The notes beneath the pieces are model-generated. The model saw only the letters and a program-made list of their open reading frames with translations, searched no databases and was not told the DNA's origin. Below are positions 9,748 through 21,904 of a DNA stretch of 64,000 nt, in pieces. Each line of letters opens with the position of its first letter. Within the stretch, counting starts at the first letter, position 1. The position numbers and the translations under genes are program-made. This stretch comes from an uncultured delta proteobacterium (GTDB lineage Bacteria > Myxococcota > Myxococcia > Myxococcales > Anaeromyxobacteraceae), in contig CAWFDF010000010.1 in the NCBI GenBank assembly GCA_963814585.1, positions 128,001-192,000 of the forward strand, written 5' to 3'.

Positions 9748-10709
9748 GTGGTCTCCGCGCCGAGCACGGTGGCGAGCTCGGCGCCGATGCGGCGGGCCTC
9801 GTCGCCCTGCCCCGGTGACAGCGTCACCGCCCCCACCACCGGGTGTCCGCCGCCGCCGTAGCGCTGGCAGAGCGCGCCGATGTCGTGGGTGCGCGGCACC
9901 TGCGGCCACGGGTTGGAGCCGACCGAGATCTTGGTCCGCCTCGGATCCTCGGAGACCACCACCGTGTAGCGGGCCTCGGGGAAGAGGTCGTAGGAGATGA
10001 ACTTGTTGGTGCTCTCCAGCCCGGTGCCGAGCAGGTCGACCCGGACCACCCCGCGCTCCACCCGGGCCAGCCGCCGGTAGAGCGCGATGGCCTCCTGGTG
10101 GCGGGCCAGCAGCGGCGCCAGCGGCTCGGCGGCCCAGGGCTGGGCCACGATCCAGCCCAGCGGCCGGTGGCGCATGGCCTCGATGATCCGGTCGGGCAGC
10201 GCCGGGTCGTGGGAGGCCTCCAGCAGCGTCATCAGCCTCAGCGCCGGCTCCTCCAGCCGGACCGCCGTGGCGGCCGACGGGAAGCGGGCGGCGTCGATGA
10301 TCTCCGCCCAGTGGACCAGCTCCTCGAGCCCCTCTCCCTCCCAGCCGAACTGGGCGCGCAGCGTGCGGGAGATGAAGCCGGTGCAGGAGGGCGCCCGCGG
10401 ATCCCAGAACTGCTGGGGCGAGCGGCGCGCCTCGTAGGTGGCCTGGTCGGCCGCCGACAGGAAGGCGCTGGCGTGGTGGTCGAACCACCAGTGGAGCCCG
10501 GGGTCGGCCGAGTAGCGGAAGTCGACGCAGGCGTTGAGCGGCCCGGAGAAGGCGTCGGCCGGGAACGGATCGCCCTGCCGGTGGGCCATGGGCCGGTGGA
10601 CCACGCCGCCGAGCCGGGCGCCCTCGCGCTCCGTCATGAAGCGGCCGAGGATGGCGGCCGAGGCGCAGCCGTCGAAGCAGTTGCCGTGATACAGGATCGT
10701 CAGGTGCAT
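9744..10709 (-). CDS. DHH-family phosphoesterase
   Basis: YHGNCFDG, CVDF, WFDHHAS, C-terminal YGGGGHPVVG. Confidence 0.8.
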   Translation of the reverse strand: MHLTILYHGNCFDGCASAAILGRFMTEREGARLGGVVHRPMAHRQGDPFPADAFSGPLNACVDFRYSADPGLHWWFDHHASAFLSAADQATYEARRSPQQFWDPRAPSCTGFISRTLRAQFGWEGEGLEELVHWAEIIDAARFPSAATAVRLEEPALRLMTLLEASHDPALPDRIIEAMRHRPLGWIVAQPWAAEPLAPLLARHQEAIALYRRLARVERGVVRVDLLGTGLESTNKFISYDLFPEARYTVVVSEDPRRTKISVGSNPWPQVPRTHDIGALCQRYGGGGHPVVGAVTLSPGQGDEARRIGAELATVLGAETT

Positions 10710-10844
10710 CGTGGCGGGCAGCATAGCGGCAAGCCGGTGCGGGCACCGAGCGGTCGTCGAGGGGCGCCCCACCGGGGCCAGCGCCCCCTCCCGAGTCCCC
10801 TCCAAGTAGCGGCCCGCCAGCCCCGCGAGTAGACTCGCCGGGGC

Positions 10845-11810
10845 ATGGACGCCATCCGGGTCGGGGCCCTCCTCGATGACAAGAACTTCGACCTGCGGCT
10901 GACCCTGGTGGCCGGCAAGCAGGGGCTCTCGCGCCGCATCTCCTCCACGCGCATCCAGAAGCCCGGGCTGGTGCTGGCCGGGTTCACCGAGTACCTGCAC
11001 GGCGAGCGGGTGCAGATCTTCGGCAACACCGAGATGAGCTTCCTCTCCACCCTCCCGATCGAGCGGGTGCGCGAGGCCATGCGCCGCTTCTTCGAGGAGG
11101 ACGTGGCCTGCCTGGTCGTCACCAAGGGCCTCCAGCCGACCCCGGAGATGATCGCCGCCGCCGAGGAGTCGGCCGTGCCGCTGTTCCGCACCAACCACGT
11201 CTCCTCGGTCTTCATCGAGCAGATCCAGGGCTACCTCGAGGACGTGCTCACCGCCCAGACCTCGATGCACGGCGTGCTGCTCGACGTCTTCGGCGTCGGC
11301 ATCCTGCTGCTCGGCAAGTCGGGCATCGGCAAGAGCGAGATCGCGCTCGACCTGGTCATGCGCGGCCACCGGCTGGTGGCCGACGACATCGTCGACGTGA
11401 AGCGCCGGATGCAGAAGGCGGTCTACGGCGCCGGCTCCGAGATCATCAAGCACCACATGGAGATCCGCGGCCTCGGCATCATCAACATCAAGGACCTCTT
11501 CGGCGTCGCCTCGATCCGCGAGCGGAAGAAGATCGAGATCGTGATGGAGCTGGTGGAGTGGGACCCCAGCGTCGAGTACGACCGGCTCGGGGTCGAGGAC
11601 CGCAAGTACCGGATCCTCGACGTGGAGATCGCCATGCTGGTGGTCCCGGTCCGACCGGGCCGCAACATGACCACCATCATCGAGGTGGCCGCCCGGAACC
11701 ACCTGCTCAAGCAGCAGGGGCACCACTCGGCGCTGGAGTTCCAGGAGCGCCTCAACCGGGCCATCGCGCTCTCGCCGGGCGCGCGTCCGGAGGAGTCGGA
11801 CGTCGAGTGA
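10845..11810 (+). CDS. hprK: HPr(Ser) kinase/phosphorylase
   Basis: [32 protein letters not shown]. Confidence 0.95.
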   Translation: MDAIRVGALLDDKNFDLRLTLVAGKQGLSRRISSTRIQKPGLVLAGFTEYLHGERVQIFGNTEMSFLSTLPIERVREAMRRFFEEDVACLVVTKGLQPTPEMIAAAEESAVPLFRTNHVSSVFIEQIQGYLEDVLTAQTSMHGVLLDVFGVGILLLGKSGIGKSEIALDLVMRGHRLVADDIVDVKRRMQKAVYGAGSEIIKHHMEIRGLGIINIKDLFGVASIRERKKIEIVMELVEWDPSVEYDRLGVEDRKYRILDVEIAMLVVPVRPGRNMTTIIEVAARNHLLKQQGHHSALEFQERLNRAIALSPGARPEESDVE

Positions 11811-12694
11811 TCCCCGCCCCGCCCCCCCTCGCCGCCACCCGGCTGGTGATCCTCACCGGGGTGTCCGGCTCGGGGAAGTCGACCGCGCTCCGCGCCCTCG
11901 AGGACGCCGGCTTCTACTGCGTCGACAACCTGCCCATCGTGCTGCTGGAGAAGCTGCTGCAGCTCTCCGGCCACACCGCCGGCGAGGTCTCGAGCATCGC
12001 CGCGGTGGTGGACGCCCGCGACGTCCGCTTCCTGCCCGAGGCCCCGCGCATCATCGGCGAGCTGCGTGGGCTGGGCGTCGACCTGACCGTCCTCTTCCTC
12101 GACGCCAGCGACGAGTCGCTGGTGCGGCGCTACTCGGAGACCCGCCGCCGCCACCCGCTCTCGGGCGCGGCCGGCACCGTGGAGGAGGGGATCGCGGCGG
12201 AGCGCCAGGCGCTGGCCGGCCTGCGAGCGGTGGCCGACGAGGTGGTCGACACCAGCAGCCTCAACGTCCACGATCTGAAGCGGCTGGTGGGCAAGCGCTT
12301 CGCCTCCGGCGAGGGGGCCAAGCTGGGCGTGACGGTGGTCTCCTTCGGCTTCCGCTATGGCATCCCGGCCCACGCCGACCTGGTGCTCGACGTCCGCTTC
12401 CTCCCCAACCCGTACTTCGTCCCGGAGCTGAGGACGCGCGTCGGGACCGAGCCGGAGGTCCGCGACTTCGTGCTCTCCCAGCCCGACACCCAGGGCTTCC
12501 TCGACCGGCTCTACGACTTCGGTGGCTTCCTGCTGCCCCGCTACAAGGCCGAGGGGAAGAGCTACCTGACCATCGCCATCGGCTGCACCGGCGGCAAGCA
12601 CCGCTCGGTGGCCATCGCCGCGGAGCTGGCGCGGCGGCTGGAGGCGGCCGGCCAGGCGGTTCGCCTCTGGCATCGAGACATCGAGAAGGAGTAG
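11807..12694 (+). CDS. rapZ: RNase adapter RapZ/YvcJ P-loop protein
   Basis: [44 protein letters not shown] overlap with hprK. Confidence 0.93.
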   Translation: MIPAPPPLAATRLVILTGVSGSGKSTALRALEDAGFYCVDNLPIVLLEKLLQLSGHTAGEVSSIAAVVDARDVRFLPEAPRIIGELRGLGVDLTVLFLDASDESLVRRYSETRRRHPLSGAAGTVEEGIAAERQALAGLRAVADEVVDTSSLNVHDLKRLVGKRFASGEGAKLGVTVVSFGFRYGIPAHADLVLDVRFLPNPYFVPELRTRVGTEPEVRDFVLSQPDTQGFLDRLYDFGGFLLPRYKAEGKSYLTIAIGCTGGKHRSVAIAAELARRLEAAGQAVRLWHRDIEKE

Positions 12695-12708
12695 GTTCCC
12701 GCCCCGCC

Positions 12709-13122
12709 ATGGTCGGACTCGTCGTCGCCACGCACGGACAACTGGCCGCGGAGCTGCTCCGCACGGCCGAGGGCATCGTCGGCCCGGTACCCAGCGGCGC
12801 CGCCGTCTCCGTCGACGCCTCCACCTCGGTGGAGGAGGCGCGGGCGCGCCTCGCCACCGCCATCCACAAGGTGGGGGCCGACGGCGACGGGGTGCTGGTG
12901 CTCACCGACATGTTCGGCGGCACGCCCGCCAACCTGGCGCTCACCTTCCTCGACGAACAGATCGAGGTGGTCACCGGCGTCAACCTGCCCATGCTGATGA
13001 AGCTGGCCAGCAGCCGCAACAACGGGCTGAAGGCGGCGGCCGAGCTGGCGACGGCCCAGGGGCAGAAGAACATCACCCTGGCCAGCGCGCTGCTGCGCGC
13101 CAGCGTCGCAGCGAAGCGCTGA
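12709..13122 (+). CDS. PTS mannose-family EIIA
   Basis: VVATHG phospho-His, TDMFGGTPAN, TGVNLPML. Confidence 0.9.
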   Translation: MVGLVVATHGQLAAELLRTAEGIVGPVPSGAAVSVDASTSVEEARARLATAIHKVGADGDGVLVLTDMFGGTPANLALTFLDEQIEVVTGVNLPMLMKLASSRNNGLKAAAELATAQGQKNITLASALLRASVAAKR

Positions 13123-13134
13123 GCCGGGGGCCCC

Positions 13135-13629
13135 GTGATCGCCCTGGTCCGCGTCGACAACCGGCTGCTCCACGGGCAGGTGCTCGAGGCCTGGATGCCG
13201 GTGCTCCGGGCCACCGAGGTGGTGGTGGCCGACGACGAGGCGGCGCTGAGCCCGCTGGCGCGCGCCGCCATGACCCTCTGCGTTCCCTGCGAGACGCCGG
13301 CCCGCATCGAGCGGATGGCGGCGGTCGACTTCGCCGCCCTGGCGGCCTCGAGGGCCACCGTGCTGCTGCTGGTGCGCGACGTGGCCGGCCTGGTCGAGGC
13401 GACGAGGCGCGGGCTGACGCCGGCCCGGGCGCCCCGGCTCAACCTCGGCAACGTCCACTTCGCCATGGGGCGACGCCCCGTCACCCCCTCGGTCTTCCTC
13501 ACCGCCGAGGAGCTGGGGGAGCTGAGGGTCCTGGCGGCGGCCGGGTTCGCCATCGAGGCCCGGGCCATCCCGACGGACGAAGGGTACGGGCTGGACGAGC
13601 TCGAGCGCCGGTACGCCGCCGCCCGATAG
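13135..13629 (+). CDS. PTS mannose/sorbose-family EIIB
   Basis: RVDNRLLHGQV, LNLGNVH. Confidence 0.9.
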   Translation: MIALVRVDNRLLHGQVLEAWMPVLRATEVVVADDEAALSPLARAAMTLCVPCETPARIERMAAVDFAALAASRATVLLLVRDVAGLVEATRRGLTPARAPRLNLGNVHFAMGRRPVTPSVFLTAEELGELRVLAAAGFAIEARAIPTDEGYGLDELERRYAAAR

Positions 13630-13647
13630 GCTACACTCCACGCCACC

Positions 13648-14343
13648 GTGGGCTATCTCCTGCTCGGCATCGTGGCCGGCCTCGCCGCCGTGGAGCGCAA
13701 GGGCTTCCTGCAAGCCATGCTCTCGCGCCCCATCGCGCTGGCCCCGCTCACCGGCCTGGCGCTGGGCGACCTGGCCGGCGGCCTGGCGGTGGCGGCGCCC
13801 CTGGAGCTGCTCTGGCTCGGCGCCGTCAACCTGGGCGCGGCCCTGCCGGTCCACGAGGCGCTCGGGACGGTGGTCATCGCCGGCGGCGCGGTGCTGGCCG
13901 GGCAGGAGCTCGGGACCGGCGTGACCCCGGCCACCGCGGTGGTGGCCCTGCTGGCCGGGGCGCCGCTGGCATTGCTGGGGCGGCGGGCCGATCGCTTCGT
14001 CGAGGTGGCCAACGAGCGGCTGTCGCTCTTCGCCGAGGAGACGCTGCGCCGCCACCACCCCCACGCCGCCGTCCGGCTCAACCTGGCCGGGCTGGCCATG
14101 CCTTTCGCCATCGCGGCGGCGCTGGCGCCTGCCGGTGCGCTGCTGGCCGCCGAGCTGGCGGTCCGGCTGCTCCGTGCCGCGCCCACCCTCGACGGCCCGC
14201 TCCGCATCGGCTGGCTGGCCTTCTGCGGCCTGGCCTGCGCCGCGGGCGCCCGGGCGCTGCGGGCACGGCGGGCCACCGTCATCTTCGGCGTGAGCGCGGC
14301 GGCCGCCCTGCTCGTCGGCCTGGGACTGCGGGCGACGCCATGA
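13648..14343 (+). CDS. PTS mannose-family EIIC
   Basis: QAMLSRPI, LELLWLG, hydrophobic, operon position. Confidence 0.8.
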   Translation: MGYLLLGIVAGLAAVERKGFLQAMLSRPIALAPLTGLALGDLAGGLAVAAPLELLWLGAVNLGAALPVHEALGTVVIAGGAVLAGQELGTGVTPATAVVALLAGAPLALLGRRADRFVEVANERLSLFAEETLRRHHPHAAVRLNLAGLAMPFAIAAALAPAGALLAAELAVRLLRAAPTLDGPLRIGWLAFCGLACAAGARALRARRATVIFGVSAAAALLVGLGLRATP

Positions 14344-15113
14344 CCATCCGCTTCCGCACCAGGGCCCATGTCTTCTGGCGCTGCCTCTTCCTGCAGGCGG
14401 CCTGGAACCGGCGCGGCATGCAGAACCTCGGCTTCGCCTATGCCATCGAGCCCGCGCTCGACGCGCTCTACGCCGATCCGGCCAGGCGGGAGGAGGCGCT
14501 GGCCCGCCACCTCGGCTTCTTCAACTGCCATCCCTACATGGCGGCCGCCATCCTCGGCGGCGCCATCCACCACGAGGAGCGGGTGGCCGCCGGGGAGGAG
14601 CCGGGGGCGGCGCCGCTCTCCTACAAGGCGACGCTGCAGGGGCCGCTGGCGGCGCTCGGGGACGGCTTCTTCTGGACCGCGCTGCGCCCGTTCTTCGGCG
14701 CCCTGGCGGCGCTGGGGGCGCTGGTGGCCGGCTGGCCGGCCATCGCGGTCGCGGTGGTGCTCTACAACCTCGTCCAGTTCTCCCTGCGGGCCGCCCTGTT
14801 CCGCGCGGGCTACCAGCAGGGCGACGCCGTGGTCGGGATCATCGCCCGGCTGGCGCTGCCCCGCGTGGCCGACCGGCTGCGGGCGGCCGGCGTGGCGCTC
14901 TGCGGCGCGGCGGCCGCGGCGGTGGCGCTGCAGGTCGGCGCCGGGCTGGCCGGGACCGGGGCGGCGGCGGCGTCCCTGGTGGTGGGCTCGGCGGCGGGCG
15001 CCGGCTACCTGGCGCTGGCCCGGGGCACGCCGCTCCTCCCGGCCGCCTACCTGGCGGCGGTGCTCGGGACCGTGGTGGCGGCCGTGGCCGGGTGGGACGG
15101 GGGGCCCTGGTGA
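14340..15113 (+). CDS. PTS mannose-family EIID
   Basis: QAAWNRRGMQNLGF, RHLGFFNCHPY, GPLAALGDGFFW. Confidence 0.88.
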   Translation: MTIRFRTRAHVFWRCLFLQAAWNRRGMQNLGFAYAIEPALDALYADPARREEALARHLGFFNCHPYMAAAILGGAIHHEERVAAGEEPGAAPLSYKATLQGPLAALGDGFFWTALRPFFGALAALGALVAGWPAIAVAVVLYNLVQFSLRAALFRAGYQQGDAVVGIIARLALPRVADRLRAAGVALCGAAAAAVALQVGAGLAGTGAAAASLVVGSAAGAGYLALARGTPLLPAAYLAAVLGTVVAAVAGWDGGPW

Positions 15114-15379
15114 GACTGGAGCAGGCCTTCACCGTCGTCAACCCGCTGGGGCTCCACGCCCGGCCAGCCTCGCAGCTGGTGCAGATCGCCAACCGGCACG
15201 CCTGCGAGGTGCTGATCGTGAAGGACGGGACTTCCGTCAACGCCAAGAGCATCATGGGCGTCCTCACCCTGGCGGCGGCGCGCGGCTCCAAGCTGACGGT
15301 GGTGTGCGAGGGCGGGGACGCCGAGGCGGCCATGGCGGCCATCGGCAAGCTGATCGAGGCAGGCTTCGGAGAGCGGTAG
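15110..15379 (+). CDS. ptsH: Phosphocarrier protein HPr
   Basis: NPLGLHARPA (His15), NAKSIMGV (Ser46). Confidence 0.93.
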   Translation: MRLEQAFTVVNPLGLHARPASQLVQIANRHACEVLIVKDGTSVNAKSIMGVLTLAAARGSKLTVVCEGGDAEAAMAAIGKLIEAGFGER

Positions 15380-15404
15380 CACCTTCCCAGGGCTGGGGCA
15401 CCAC

Positions 15405-17195
15405 ATGGCGGCCGGAACCACCACCTTGAACGGCATCGGCGCCTCGCCCGGCATCGCCATCGGGCGCTGCTGGCCGGTCGACCGGCGCAAGGTGCGGACG
15501 CCCAAGCGGCGGCTCGGCCCGGACGAGATCGAGCCGGAGCTGGCCCGCTTCCAGGTGGCGCTGGAGACCTCGGACCGGCAGCTCGACGAGGTCCGCCGGA
15601 AGGTCACGGTGACGGAGGGCAGCGGCGCCAGCGAGCACATCGCCATCATCGACATCCACCGGCTCATGCTCAAGGACGAGATGCTGGTCCTCGAGGTGCA
15701 GAAGCTGATCCGCGAGGAGCGGCTCAACGCCGAGTGGTCGATCAAGCGGGCGGTCCGCAAGATCAAGGGCGCCTTCTCCGCCGACGCCGACGAGTATTTC
15801 AAGGAGCGCCGCGCCGACGTCGACTACGTGGGCGAGCGGATCATCAAGAACCTGCTCGGCCAGCAGGTGGATGTCGAGGAGCTGCCGCCGGAGGGGGCCA
15901 TCATCGTGGCCCACGACCTGACCCCGGCCGACACCGCGCTCCTGCTCCACGAGCGGAAGGTCGGGGCCTTCGTCACCGACGCCGGCGCCAAGACCAGCCA
16001 CACCGCCATCGTGGCCCGCGCGCTCGAGGTGCCGGCGGTGGTGGCGGTGGGGCGCATCACCGCCCTGGCCGACAAGGGCGACTGGATCATCGTCGACGGC
16101 ACCCGCGGCGTGGTGATCATCCACCCGACGCCGGGCGAGCGCGCCGACTACGAGGCGGCGCGCGAGCGCTTCCACGTCCACGAGCGCGAGCTGCTCCGCA
16201 CCCGCGAGCTGCCGGCCACCACGCAGGACGGGGTCACCGTCAAGCTGGCCGGCAACATCGAGTTCGCCGAGGAGGTCCCCAGCCTGCTCAACCACGGCGG
16301 CGAGGCGGTGGGCCTCTACCGGACCGAGTTCCTCTACCTGCAGCGGGACCGGCTGCCGACCGAGGAGGAGCACTACCAGGACTACCGGCGGGTGCTGGAG
16401 GCGCTGGCGCCACGCCCGGTCACCATCCGCACCTTCGACCTCGGCGGCGACAAGCTGCCGGCCGGGTTGAAGGCCCACTCCGAGAACCCGGCCATGGGGC
16501 TGCGGGCCATCCGCTACTGCCTGCGCCAGCCCGACATGTTCCGCAGCCAGCTGCGGGCGCTGCTGCGGGCCTCGGTCCACGGCCAGCTCCGCCTCATGTT
16601 CCCCATGATCTCGGGCGTGGCCGAGGTGCGGGCCGCCCGGAAGATCCTCCTGGAGGTCCGCGACGAGCTGGCCGAGGAGGGGCTGGATCGGCCCTTGCCG
16701 CCGGTGGGGATCATGATCGAGCTGCCCAGCGCCGCCCTGATGGCCGACCGGCTGGCGCGCGAAGTGGACTTCTTCAGCATCGGCACCAACGACCTCATCC
16801 AGTACACCATCGGCATCGACCGGCAGAACAAGGACGTCGCCTACCTCTACCGGCCGCTCCACCTCTCGGTGCTGCGGCTCCTCAAGCAGATCTGCGACGC
16901 CGGCCGCGAGGCCGGCATCCCGGTCTCGATGTGCGGCGAGATGGCCGGCGAGCCGCTCAACGTCCTGGTGCTGCTCGGGCTGGGCGTCACCGAGTTCTCC
17001 ATGAACGGGCCCTCCATCCCGCTGGTGAAGAGGGTGGTGCGGGCGGCGCGAGCCGAGGACGGGCGGGCCCTGGTGGCGCGGATGCTGGCGCTGACGCAGG
17101 CCGACGACATCGAGCGCGAGGTGCGCGACGAGATGAATCGGCGCTTCGGCTCGCTCATGGAGCACGATTCCCGGGTGGGGCCGGTCTCCGGCTAG
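15405..17195 (+). CDS. ptsI: PTS enzyme I, PEP-protein phosphotransferase
   Basis: TSHTAIVAR, GLYRTEF, RTFDLGGDK, SIGTNDLIQY, CGEMAG. Confidence 0.95.
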   Translation: MAAGTTTLNGIGASPGIAIGRCWPVDRRKVRTPKRRLGPDEIEPELARFQVALETSDRQLDEVRRKVTVTEGSGASEHIAIIDIHRLMLKDEMLVLEVQKLIREERLNAEWSIKRAVRKIKGAFSADADEYFKERRADVDYVGERIIKNLLGQQVDVEELPPEGAIIVAHDLTPADTALLLHERKVGAFVTDAGAKTSHTAIVARALEVPAVVAVGRITALADKGDWIIVDGTRGVVIIHPTPGERADYEAARERFHVHERELLRTRELPATTQDGVTVKLAGNIEFAEEVPSLLNHGGEAVGLYRTEFLYLQRDRLPTEEEHYQDYRRVLEALAPRPVTIRTFDLGGDKLPAGLKAHSENPAMGLRAIRYCLRQPDMFRSQLRALLRASVHGQLRLMFPMISGVAEVRAARKILLEVRDELAEEGLDRPLPPVGIMIELPSAALMADRLAREVDFFSIGTNDLIQYTIGIDRQNKDVAYLYRPLHLSVLRLLKQICDAGREAGIPVSMCGEMAGEPLNVLVLLGLGVTEFSMNGPSIPLVKRVVRAARAEDGRALVARMLALTQADDIEREVRDEMNRRFGSLMEHDSRVGPVSG

Positions 17196-17244
17196 GCGGG
17201 GTGGCCCTCCGCTGGCGCGGATGCCCGGCGGGTCGTCCGCCATG

Positions 17245-17274
17245 TTGACAGGTACGCTGGCGGGCGCTTAGGTT
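17245..17274 (+). promoter_or_regulatory. Sigma70-type promoter of metK
   Basis: TTGACA (17245-17250), 18-nt spacer, TAGGTT (17269-17274). Confidence 0.6.
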
Positions 17275-17307
17275 GCGTCCCTTTCGAGCCTTCCAGGGAG
17301 CAGCCCC

Positions 17308-18459
<1,152 letters not shown>

Positions 18460-18524
18460 CCGCGACCTGTTCGCCTGCGGCCCTGCGGTGGGCCCTCGGG
18501 CTTGATCCGCAGGGGGCATCCAGT

Positions 18525-18544
18525 GTATCCGTTCACCCGGATAT
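18525..18544. promoter_or_regulatory. Palindromic candidate SahR operator
   Basis: TATCCG-N6-CGGATA (18526-18543) immediately before the sahR start codon. Confidence 0.55.
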
Positions 18545-18548
18545 AGCG

Positions 18549-19526
18549 ATGAATGCCGCGACCGCCAGCGCCACCCGCCGCCACCTCGCCCTGCTGGGCT
18601 GGATGGACGGGCTCGCCGACCAGACCCGGCTCCGGCTGCTGCGGGTGCTGGAGCGCGAGGAGCTCTCGGTGCAGGAGCTCTGCGAGGTGCTGCGGCTGCC
18701 GCAGTCGACGGTGTCGCGCCACCTGAAGACGCTCTCGGGCCAGGGCTGGCTGGCCTCCCGGCGCCAGGGCACCGCCACCTTCTACCGCTTCGCCGACGCC
18801 GCCGATCCCGGGGCGCGCCGCCTCTGGAAGCTGGCCCGCGCCGAGACCGACGGCTGGGCGGCGGCGGAGCAGGACGAGGCGCGGCTGGAGGCCCGGCTGC
18901 GGGCGCGGCGCGAAGGGGCGGAGGAGTTCTTCGCCGGCGCGGCGCTGGAGTGGGAGGCGCTGCGCGCCGAGGCCTACGGGCTGCGCTTCGAGCGCGAGGC
19001 GCTGCTCGGGCTGCTGCCGCCGGAGCTCGCCGTGGCCGACCTCGGCTGCGGCGCCGGCACGCTCACCGCGGCGCTGGCGCCCCACGTCGGCCGGGTCATC
19101 GGCGTCGACCAGTCGGCCGCCATGCTGCGCGTGGCGCGCCGCCGCCTCTCCGGCTTCGACAACGTCGAGCTGCACCGGGCCGGCCTCGAGGCGCTGCCGC
19201 TCCCCGCCGCCAGCTGCGACGCGGCCCTGCTGGTGCTGGTGCTCACCTACGTGCCCGAGGTGGCGGCGGTGCTCTCCGAGGCGGCCCGCATCGTCAGGCC
19301 GGGCGGCCGCCTGGTGGTGGTGGACCTGGCCCGTCACGGCGACGAGACCTTCGCCCGCCGGCTCGGCCAGGTCCGCCTCGGCTTCGCCCCCGACGAGCTC
19401 GCCCGCGCCTTTGCCGCCGCCGGCCTCGCCGCGCCGTCGGTCCGCCCGCTGCCGCCCGAGCCCGGGGCCCGCGGCCCCGCCCTCCTCATCGCCACCGCCC
19501 GGCAGCCCGCCGGGCCCCACCGCTAG
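18549..19526 (+). CDS. sahR: ArsR-HTH plus SAM-methyltransferase-fold regulator of the SAM cycle (SahR-like)
   Basis: [14 protein letters not shown], then DLGCGAG SAM-binding domain; lies between metK and ahcY. Confidence 0.8.
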   Translation: MNAATASATRRHLALLGWMDGLADQTRLRLLRVLEREELSVQELCEVLRLPQSTVSRHLKTLSGQGWLASRRQGTATFYRFADAADPGARRLWKLARAETDGWAAAEQDEARLEARLRARREGAEEFFAGAALEWEALRAEAYGLRFEREALLGLLPPELAVADLGCGAGTLTAALAPHVGRVIGVDQSAAMLRVARRRLSGFDNVELHRAGLEALPLPAASCDAALLVLVLTYVPEVAAVLSEAARIVRPGGRLVVVDLARHGDETFARRLGQVRLGFAPDELARAFAAAGLAAPSVRPLPPEPGARGPALLIATARQPAGPHR

Positions 19527-19558
19527 ACCGAAGCCGCACGAACCCAGGAGAAGACCCC

Positions 19559-21010
19559 ATGGCCGCAACCAGGAAGCCCGCGAAGCTCGAGTACCAGGTC
19601 AAGGACATCACCCTCGCCGACTGGGGGCGCAAGGAGCTCGAGCTGGCGGAGAAGGAGATGCCCGGCCTGATGGCCATCCGCAAGCAGTACGGCAAGCGGA
19701 AGCCGCTCCGGGGGCAGCGGATCACCGGGTCGCTCCACATGACCATCCAGACCGGCGTGCTCATCGAGACGCTGGTGGCGCTCGGCGCCAGGGTGCGCTG
19801 GGCCTCGTGCAACATCTTCTCGACGCAGGACCACGCCGCGGCCGCCGTCGCCGTGGGCCCGAGGGGGACGGCCAAGGCGCCGGCCGGCGTGCCGGTCTTC
19901 GCCTGGAAGGGCGAGACCCTGGAGGAGTACTGGGAGTGCACCGACCGGGCCCTCGACTTCGGCAACGGCCTCGGGCCGACGCAGATCGTCGATGACGGCG
20001 GCGACGCCACCCTGCTGATCCACAAGGGCGTGGAGTTCGAGGCGGCCGGCAAGGTCCCCAGGGCCGGCCCCGGCGACTCGGAGGAGTACGCCGTCATCCT
20101 CGGCCTGCTGGGCCGCACGCTCGAGGCCACGCCCAGGCGCTGGACCAAGGTGGCCGCCGCCTGCGCCGGCGTCACCGAGGAGACCACCACCGGCGTCCAC
20201 CGGCTCTACGAGATGGAGAAGAAGGGGCAGCTGCTCTTCCCCGCCATCAACGTCAACGACTCGGTGACCAAGTCGAAGTTCGACAACCTCTACGGCTGCC
20301 GCCACTCGCTGGTGGACGGCCTCAACCGCGCCACCGACGTGATGCTGGCCGGCAAGCTCTGCGTGGTGCTGGGCTACGGCGACGTGGGCAAGGGCTGCGC
20401 CCAGGCGCTCCGCGGGCAGGGGGCCCGGGTGGTGGTGACCGAGATCGACCCCATCAACGCGCTGCAGGCGTCGATGGAGGGGTACCAGGTGGTCCGGGTG
20501 GAGGACGTGGTCGCCAAGGCCGACGTCTTCGTCACCGCCACCGGCAACCTCGACGTGCTCACCGTCGACCACATGAGGAAGATGAAGGACTGCGCCATCG
20601 TCGGGAACATCGGCCACTTCGACAACGAGATCGACATGGCCGGCCTGAAGAAGGTCACCACGCGGGTGAACATCAAGCCGCAGTACGACGCCTTCGTCTT
20701 CCCGGACGGGCACCGCGTGCTGGTGCTGGCCGAGGGGCGACTCCTCAACCTGGGCTGCGCCACCGGCCACCCCTCCTTCGTGATGTCCAACTCGTTCACC
20801 AACCAGTCGCTGGCCCAGATCGAGCTGGCGGTGAACCGGAAGGCCTACGACAAGAAGGTCTACACGCTGCCCAAGCACCTCGACGAGAAGGTGGCGGCGC
20901 TCCACCTCGGCCAGATCGGGGCGCGGCTGACCCGGCTGACGCCGAAGCAGGCCGCCTACCTCGACATCCCGGTGAACGGGCCCTTCAAGCCGGACAGCTA
21001 CCGGTACTAG
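19559..21010 (+). CDS. ahcY: Adenosylhomocysteinase
   Basis: [53 protein letters not shown]. Confidence 0.97.
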   Translation: MAATRKPAKLEYQVKDITLADWGRKELELAEKEMPGLMAIRKQYGKRKPLRGQRITGSLHMTIQTGVLIETLVALGARVRWASCNIFSTQDHAAAAVAVGPRGTAKAPAGVPVFAWKGETLEEYWECTDRALDFGNGLGPTQIVDDGGDATLLIHKGVEFEAAGKVPRAGPGDSEEYAVILGLLGRTLEATPRRWTKVAAACAGVTEETTTGVHRLYEMEKKGQLLFPAINVNDSVTKSKFDNLYGCRHSLVDGLNRATDVMLAGKLCVVLGYGDVGKGCAQALRGQGARVVVTEIDPINALQASMEGYQVVRVEDVVAKADVFVTATGNLDVLTVDHMRKMKDCAIVGNIGHFDNEIDMAGLKKVTTRVNIKPQYDAFVFPDGHRVLVLAEGRLLNLGCATGHPSFVMSNSFTNQSLAQIELAVNRKAYDKKVYTLPKHLDEKVAALHLGQIGARLTRLTPKQAAYLDIPVNGPFKPDSYRY

Positions 21011-21080
21011 GCCAGAGGCCTGGGGGGCGACACCTCGACCCCGTGGCGGCGGACCGCGGCGGAGGGTAAAGTCCCCGCTC

Positions 21081-21863
21081 GTGCTCACCTTCACCAACCT
21101 GCACAAGGCCTACGCCGCCACCGTCGCTGTCGAGGACCTCTCCCTGCGGGTGGAGCCGGGCGAGATCCTCGGCCTGCTCGGGCCGGGCGGCGCCGGCAAG
21201 TCGACCACGGTCCACCTCGCGTTCGGGTTGCTGCCCCCGGACTCCGGCACGGTCAGCGTCGACGGCCTGGGCCCGCCCACCGACTCCAGGGTGCGGCGCC
21301 ACCTCGGGCTGGCGCCCCAGGCGCTGGCCCTCTACGCCGACCTCACCGGGGAGGGGAACCTGCGCTTCCTGGGGCGGGTCAACGGCCTGACCGGGCGAGC
21401 GCTCGACGCCCGCGTCGAGTGGGCGCTCGACTTCGCGGGGGTGACGGACCGCCGGCACGATCTGGTCGGCGCCTACTCCGGCGGCACGCAGCGCCGGCTC
21501 AACCTGGCGGCGGCGCTGCTGCACCAGCCCCAGGTGCTGCTCCTCGACGAGCCCGCCGCGGAGGTCGATCCCCGGTCGCGCGACGCCATCCTCGAGCGGG
21601 TCCTCGAGCTGAAGCGGGGCGGCCTGACGGTGCTCTACGCCACCCAGTCCGTGGAGGACGCGGAGCGGCTCTGCGACCGGGTGGCCATCCTGGACCACGG
21701 CCGGGTCCTGGCGCTCGACAGCGTGCCCAGGCTGCTGCGTGCCCACGGCGCCGCGCCCACCCGGCCGAAGGCCGAGGCCCGGGCCGCGGAGACCGACGTG
21801 GCGCGGGCCGACCTGGCGCAGGTCTTCACCAGCCTCACCGGCCGGAGGATGCAGGACGCCTGA
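21081..21863 (+). CDS. ABC transporter ATP-binding protein (DrrA/CcmA-like), no adjacent permease
   Basis: GPGGAGKST, YSGGTQRR, LLLDEP; H-loop reads ATQS. Confidence 0.85.
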   Translation: MLTFTNLHKAYAATVAVEDLSLRVEPGEILGLLGPGGAGKSTTVHLAFGLLPPDSGTVSVDGLGPPTDSRVRRHLGLAPQALALYADLTGEGNLRFLGRVNGLTGRALDARVEWALDFAGVTDRRHDLVGAYSGGTQRRLNLAAALLHQPQVLLLDEPAAEVDPRSRDAILERVLELKRGGLTVLYATQSVEDAERLCDRVAILDHGRVLALDSVPRLLRAHGAAPTRPKAEARAAETDVARADLAQVFTSLTGRRMQDA

Positions 21864-21904
21864 GCGCTCCGGCGCGCGGCGGCACGGGGCACCAGGGAGA
21901 CGCC

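Noticed and set aside
10845..17195. hprK-rapZ-EIIABCD-HPr-EI cluster as a novel system
   Set aside because: All are recognisable standard components with intact catalytic motifs
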